Shown piece after piece: positions 60,701 through 64,000 of a DNA stretch of 64,000 bases. The stretch covers positions 112,312-176,311 of the IMG/VR virus record IMGVR_UViG_3300007734_000761. The stretch is one strand, 5' to 3'. Positions within the stretch are counted from its first letter, which is position 1, and each line of letters opens with the position of its first letter. Origin of the DNA: a virus. Under the pieces are notes generated by a model. The model saw only the letters and a program-made list of their open reading frames with translations, did not search any database and was not told where the DNA came from. The position numbers were made by a program, and so were the translations under genes.

Positions 60701-62359
60701 AAAATCTACAATTTCGAATTTTTTCATCCAATTAATAAGATCATCTTTCCACATGTCAGGAGTAATAATGTCACCTTTACTCAATTCAGTAACATCCCAT
60801 TCTGATGGTGCATCAACATTAAACTCATCCTCATTTGATTCATACATGCCAAAATCTCCAACTACTTTATATTGAGGTAAAAGAAAATCATTAGTAAGTA
60901 TAAAATACAAACCTGCTACTTCAAAATACAACTCATCACCCCTCATCACCCCAGTTATTTTAATAGGTTTACTTGTTAGTTGTTTAAACAAATATTTAGA
61001 TTCGGATTGACCAGTAAAAAAATCATCAATGTCTTTAACCCACATGTCAGGCATAATGTAGTCTCCCTTTTTCAATTCAGTAATATCCCACTCAGCAGGA
61101 GCATCAACATTAAAATCTTCGTCTGACTCTATTAAGTTTTGTTCTATTTTATATTGTGGTTTTAACAAATCATTAATAACATCTATGTCATAATCAAGCG
61201 ACCAATATGGATTATTATGAGCCAACACAACATACGGTCCTTTATCATCTACACCAATGTCAGTTATTTCAGCTGTTTTACCTTGAATGTTAAGATCATA
61301 TTGTTTACTTTGCCACATGTCAGGAGTGATTTGGTCACCAACTCCTAATTCAATGATATTCCAGTCTTCAGGGGCGTCTACATTGAATTCATCTTCAACT
61401 TCATTTAAGTTTTTATTTTGAGTAATTTTAAAACCAGGTTTTAGTCTAGATTGAAGATTACGTAAACCAGCGTGAAAATCAATACTATGTTGTGGCATAA
61501 ATTCTCCATTATAATCTAATGTTCCTTTTCTTACATAAACACTATCACCCACAATCCTTTTTATTAAATAATAGTTTCCTGTAGTGCTATTTTCAGGGGT
61601 AATCAAGTCTCCTACACCTAATTCTTCTACATTCCACTCAGGTGGTGCTGCTACATTGAATTCATCTTCAACTTCATTTAAGTTTTTATTTTGAGTAATT
61701 TTAAACTCAGGCTTCAAACTACCCTGAAGTACAGTTAATGACTCGGTAGATATGTGTCCTACTTCATCCTCTAATTCTACAAAAATTGGATCAAAGTCCT
61801 CTTGTTCTTCATAACCATCCCATTCTTCAAAAAAGCCTATAATTTTGTAAGTCTTATTTATGTCAGTGTCAAGTAAATCCCAAATTAACTTACTTTCTTG
61901 ATTCCACATGTCAGGAGTGATTTGGTCTCCTATACTCAAATATTCAATGTTCCATTCTTCGGGTGCGTCTACATTAAACTCATCTTCACTTTCACTTAAA
62001 TCAGTAGTTACAACTTTATATTTGGGTTTTAAATACTTATTTATTTCACCAAGACCCCAGGTAAGTTGATTATCAAGATATTTTAGGTTCCCTTCGACAC
62101 TATCACCAAATTCAGTAATAACATAATAACCTGCACTTTCTGGATCATCTAAATAATTATCATCATAACCTATTTCTTTTATGTAGAGATCAAAATTATA
62201 ATATTTATATTGATTTTTAAACATATTGGGAGTAATAGTGTCTCCAACTGTTAAGGTTTCAACATTCCACTGTTTAGGTGCTGTGACCGAAAATTCTTCT
62301 TCTTCCCTAAGTATATACGCTAATTTGTTGGTATTGAAAATTTTAGACAGTAAACCCAT
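57746..62359 (-). CDS. 15-module polyprotein with (L/M)xE junctions and a conserved acidic tag
   Basis: 15 copies of (L/M)xE|x(D/E)(D/E/N)F(N/S/T/D)VxAPxxW, 13 followed by LxxGD; variable ~60-90-aa cores. Confidence 0.85.
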   Translation of the reverse strand: MGLLSKIFNTNKLAYILREEEEFSVTAPKQWNVETLTVGDTITPNMFKNQYKYYNFDLYIKEIGYDDNYLDDPESAGYYVITEFGDSVEGNLKYLDNQLTWGLGEINKYLKPKYKVVTTDLSESEDEFNVDAPEEWNIEYLSIGDQITPDMWNQESKLIWDLLDTDINKTYKIIGFFEEWDGYEEQEDFDPIFVELEDEVGHISTESLTVLQGSLKPEFKITQNKNLNEVEDEFNVAAPPEWNVEELGVGDLITPENSTTGNYYLIKRIVGDSVYVRKGTLDYNGEFMPQHSIDFHAGLRNLQSRLKPGFKITQNKNLNEVEDEFNVDAPEDWNIIELGVGDQITPDMWQSKQYDLNIQGKTAEITDIGVDDKGPYVVLAHNNPYWSLDYDIDVINDLLKPQYKIEQNLIESDEDFNVDAPAEWDITELKKGDYIMPDMWVKDIDDFFTGQSESKYLFKQLTSKPIKITGVMRGDELYFEVAGLYFILTNDFLLPQYKVVGDFGMYESNEDEFNVDAPSEWDVTELSKGDIITPDMWKDDLINWMKKFEIVDFKVSLFPWGHNEAVLKVFQLKDEPIPGTNRTTRQWKYIRNIFVDIETLNDRLKDNFIITPSLRESENEFSVDAPQEWNVEYLTTGDTITPDMWDQNKIGRRKDFFSKPIKIDSIGYNEFDNEEEEPLVGLDLGDTTTEYDIDFVNYLLKPEFKVVQNKNLTEEEDFNVDAPAEWNRHELKVGDYFDDYIGEVYTREEDIPKDSRGFTYEIIYIGSNEGEYRKSAYYDHNIIAFRRVSNKNQIYSFTVEHFNNTRGPKLNAYINLPNRFNLNEDEENFNVDAPKSWNINYLNVGDTITPNMWNKRETKQSTFDFSFNKPLKINWIGSDGIENFIVFEESDLVTYAVEDIHDLLKPEYRISLSNLQESEENFNVDALPEWDVIELRVGDYINSNMLNPKGNDYTWFSRRKLFIEDIYFDECWTVNLLHVESGYHTPFCIDYINEDVLNDKYRIMTSLNELLEIDDEFDVKAPQKWDVIELGVGDKITRDMIKNPIFLEQMDEDFRMDFPGVITKIYLAGPTDDAKFWGVRIKFQDIGWRKYLPQSKDIKLGLGFSLDGFNENTLKPQYQIQKPVFELSKLLENEEDFNVNAPDEWNVELLTVGDTVTPEMWGYEQINSWFDISKPLNIEDIGEDDGGWWVQLGRNEAPFDLDEVNEFLKPQYKIVPYNLEESDDEFSVNAPEEWNYDYWEPTKGMREDEYYKSFDEFVTRILRKYGVEDEFIEVYLDEVFNFGDFGNYEGISSGDLYEDFQQWIRAQDETSEWYDDMNEEEDFSVDAPKDWWEYDGDVELMFQDTYWYEDENGKEAIVERDGGGIVNINDLEQYSYSDWKPFTGNPTSENLTKWYYSINWDTDLVEMFDFDDSLFEVEEDFDWSTAENIDMDRTGFKIRAVSTLKEADDEFTVKAPQKWDIVYLNKGDFLDNTNSTFNDPNVKYEIGNITSDGEIEVKKYINRGSGFEPQFDRFMKTRKGIVKAKLKPGFDIEAFSK
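61378..61705. repeat. Exact 55-bp direct repeat flanking module 3 of the polyprotein
   Basis: ctacattgaattcatcttcaacttcatttaagtttttattttgagtaattttaaa at 61378-61432 and 61651-61705. Confidence 0.9.
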
Positions 62360-62431
62360 TCCACGTATAAATATTTAAAAATAGTAAAACAATGGCGCTT
62401 TTTTACTTAACTTTTAAGTACGTATATACCT

Positions 62432-63484
62432 TTAAAGTCCATAAGTTCCTTTAGTATTATTGTAATTACTCAATACTTCAACACTAGTAAGTCCTTTATT
62501 GTATACGTGTAAGGCTCCAAATCTAAAAGTACTACCCGCACCACTACCCATGTTAGTAGCAGTTGGATATCCTAAATTGTAAAATAAATTAAAACCATTA
62601 TTGCCAGGAGACTGTCTTGTCATAGTGGTTGAGCCAGCATTTTGACCATTTACGTATGCTGTCAACGTTGTGCCATTGTAAGTAAGACCTAAATAATACC
62701 AGTTATTTAACGGTGTAGCTATAGTAGATGATATGTAAGGTGAACCTAACGGCCAAACTCTAAATTTCATAGTTCCTCCAACTAATTCTATTTGAGAATC
62801 ATACCAACCAGTATCTGGAGGAGTTTGTCCTTGTTCACTCAATATAGTTCCATTTGATGTAGGATAAGCCCACACAAATACAGAAATACTAGTTCCGGTA
62901 TTAACTGGTGATAATTTACTGTTTAAACCGGTGTTTGTGTTGATGTATTCTGTTGTAGTTCCTTGTATTGTTAAGTAATTAGGAGTATCCGACGTGTAAG
63001 TAATAGTACCTGTAAGAGTACCATTTGAATTACCTTGTAAGTCTGTTATAGTAGTGCCTGATCCATTGTAAGAATTTAAGTCTTGTAAATTCCAATTTAA
63101 AATTAATCCACTTGAAGTAATACTACTTGTCCAACTTGACCAAAATCCACTTGAACTTAAGTAAGAATTAGCTTGTTGACCGGTAGTAAAACTTTGGTTG
63201 TAAAATCCATTAACCGTATTAACAAATGAATTTTCGGTTTTGAGAGGTGATCTTCTAAATCTTAAACTAGCAGAAACATTGGTAGGAGTAGGTACGTCAC
63301 CCCCAGGAACAGGAAATGCTATGACGTAGCCTAAGTCTTCGTCAGGACCATTCCACCACTGAAGTCCTCCCGGATCAAGATCTTCATAAGCTATGCTAGC
63401 TGTTCCAATGGCTAAGTTGCCAAATTGTTGAGTGCCTGTAATAGTAGAACCGGTGTTGTAAGCAAAAGGTCTTGAAGTAGCCAT
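62432..63484 (-). CDS. LamG/concanavalin A-like lectin domain virion protein
   Basis: GLILNW....SYNGSGT.ITDL, WYYLGLTYNG..LTAYVNG, VYNKGLT..EV..NY. Confidence 0.85.
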   Translation of the reverse strand: MATSRPFAYNTGSTITGTQQFGNLAIGTASIAYEDLDPGGLQWWNGPDEDLGYVIAFPVPGGDVPTPTNVSASLRFRRSPLKTENSFVNTVNGFYNQSFTTGQQANSYLSSSGFWSSWTSSITSSGLILNWNLQDLNSYNGSGTTITDLQGNSNGTLTGTITYTSDTPNYLTIQGTTTEYINTNTGLNSKLSPVNTGTSISVFVWAYPTSNGTILSEQGQTPPDTGWYDSQIELVGGTMKFRVWPLGSPYISSTIATPLNNWYYLGLTYNGTTLTAYVNGQNAGSTTMTRQSPGNNGFNLFYNLGYPTATNMGSGAGSTFRFGALHVYNKGLTSVEVLSNYNNTKGTYGL

Positions 63485-63812
63485 TTAACAATAAATATTT
63501 AAAGATTTGGCTTTTGACTTGATTTTTATTAATATATAGGTATATAAGTTCACCATTAAGCCGTTTTTGCTGTTTGGGTTTGATTGCGATCTTGATGTTC
63601 TTTGACGTAATGGATTTTTTGAAAAGTGTGTCATCTTCGTGGGATATTCGTTAGTATAGAAGTATATACGGGGCCCGTGGTGTTGAAAGGTTTCGGAGTC
63701 GTGCTTTTCGTCAAACAACCATGTACCGCTAGCCGCGCGTCGATTGACAGCGGTTCGGCGTGGGCCTAATATCATTCCAATATCATTATGCTGTCGGCTC
63801 GCCATCGGCCAC

Positions 63813-63845
63813 AAAAAAAGAAAGAGCCAAAAGGCTCCCTCTTCG
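63813..63845 (-). terminator. Intrinsic terminator
   Basis: GAAGAGGGAGCC-TTTT-GGCTCTTTCTTT followed by a T-run on the minus strand. Confidence 0.7.
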
Positions 63846-63869
63846 TTGTACTGTCTGGCTCTTTGAGCC

Positions 63870-64000
63870 TTATTCGTCTACATTGACTTTTTTCGGACGA
63901 CCTAACTTCAATGTGCCACTCGCACGTTTTTCATTCAACATAGCCAATCGTTGTTGTCTTGGACTATTTGGATTGACGGGACGACCTCTCATGCCGGTCA
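63870..64000 (-). CDS. AT-hook-like basic protein (probably 5'-partial; not in the ORF track)
   Basis: ...TGMRGRPVNPNSPRQQRLAMLNEKRASGTLKLGRPKKVNVDE*, followed by the terminator. Confidence 0.65.
   Translation of the reverse strand, partial: TGMRGRPVNPNSPRQQRLAMLNEKRASGTLKLGRPKKVNVDE

Larger units (their letters stand above)
9633..63498 (-). promoter_or_regulatory. Dispersed ATATTTAT motif (putative late promoter), 18 gene-proximal copies
   Basis: + strand ATAAATAT starts at 9633, 10368, 13675, 15399, 17179, 19145, 21960, 30782, 34510, 36784, 39917, 46989, 49733, 53058, 57003, 57739, 62367 and 63491. Confidence 0.75.

Noticed and set aside
57746-62359. CRISPR array or diversity-generating retroelement target
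   Set aside because: Repeats are conserved at protein level in one frame; no cas or reverse transcriptase gene and no adenine-specific TR/VR pair is seen
6180-63484. Stop-codon reassignment (alternative genetic code)
   Set aside because: Core genes are full length and tightly packed under the standard code
63485-63814. 109-aa minus ORF
   Set aside because: Non-ATG start within a terminator, atypical composition, and overlaps the LamG gene promoter motif
1-64000. tRNA/rRNA genes, tail sheath, tube or tape measure genes
   Set aside because: None recognisable in this window; intergenic gaps are short and show no cloverleaf

Overview
AT-rich 64-kb segment of a large lytic myovirus related to the T4 superfamily. 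A Bacteroidota host is likely but inferred. Essentially all real genes lie on the minus strand. Read right to left in transcription order, the window holds: a LamG lectin; a 15-module polyprotein; a thioredoxin/HD-hydrolase/gp55-like sigma operon; a baseplate cluster (split gp5-like spike with lysozyme, gp25, gp6, gp7-like wedge); primase and an exonuclease; a long run of small proteins with a shared 10-aa leader; terminase, portal, prohead protease, scaffold and major capsid protein; PhoH; neck and tail-terminator genes; and a >2059-aa Gly-X-Ser repeat protein that runs off the left edge and is absent from the ORF track (the 1950-aa + strand ORF is its antisense shadow). The most notable signal is an apparent capsid-cargo addressing and processing system. 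Seven ORFs start with MI(K/N)(L/F)xx(I/L)LxE, resembling the T4 capsid-targeting sequence. A 1537-aa ORF consists of 15 variable ~100-aa cassettes, each preceded by an (L/M)xE prohead-protease-type site and a conserved acidic tag. A 768-aa ORF joins four enzyme domains through LxE sites. Other observations: an ATATTTAT motif (the inverse of the T4 late promoter) before 18 genes, a second TTGG-N17-TATAAT promoter class, a twin-hairpin leader before the scaffold/capsid genes, and (S/T)-(G/A/S)-S enrichment in surface virion proteins. All calls come from reading motifs by eye; no database searches were run.
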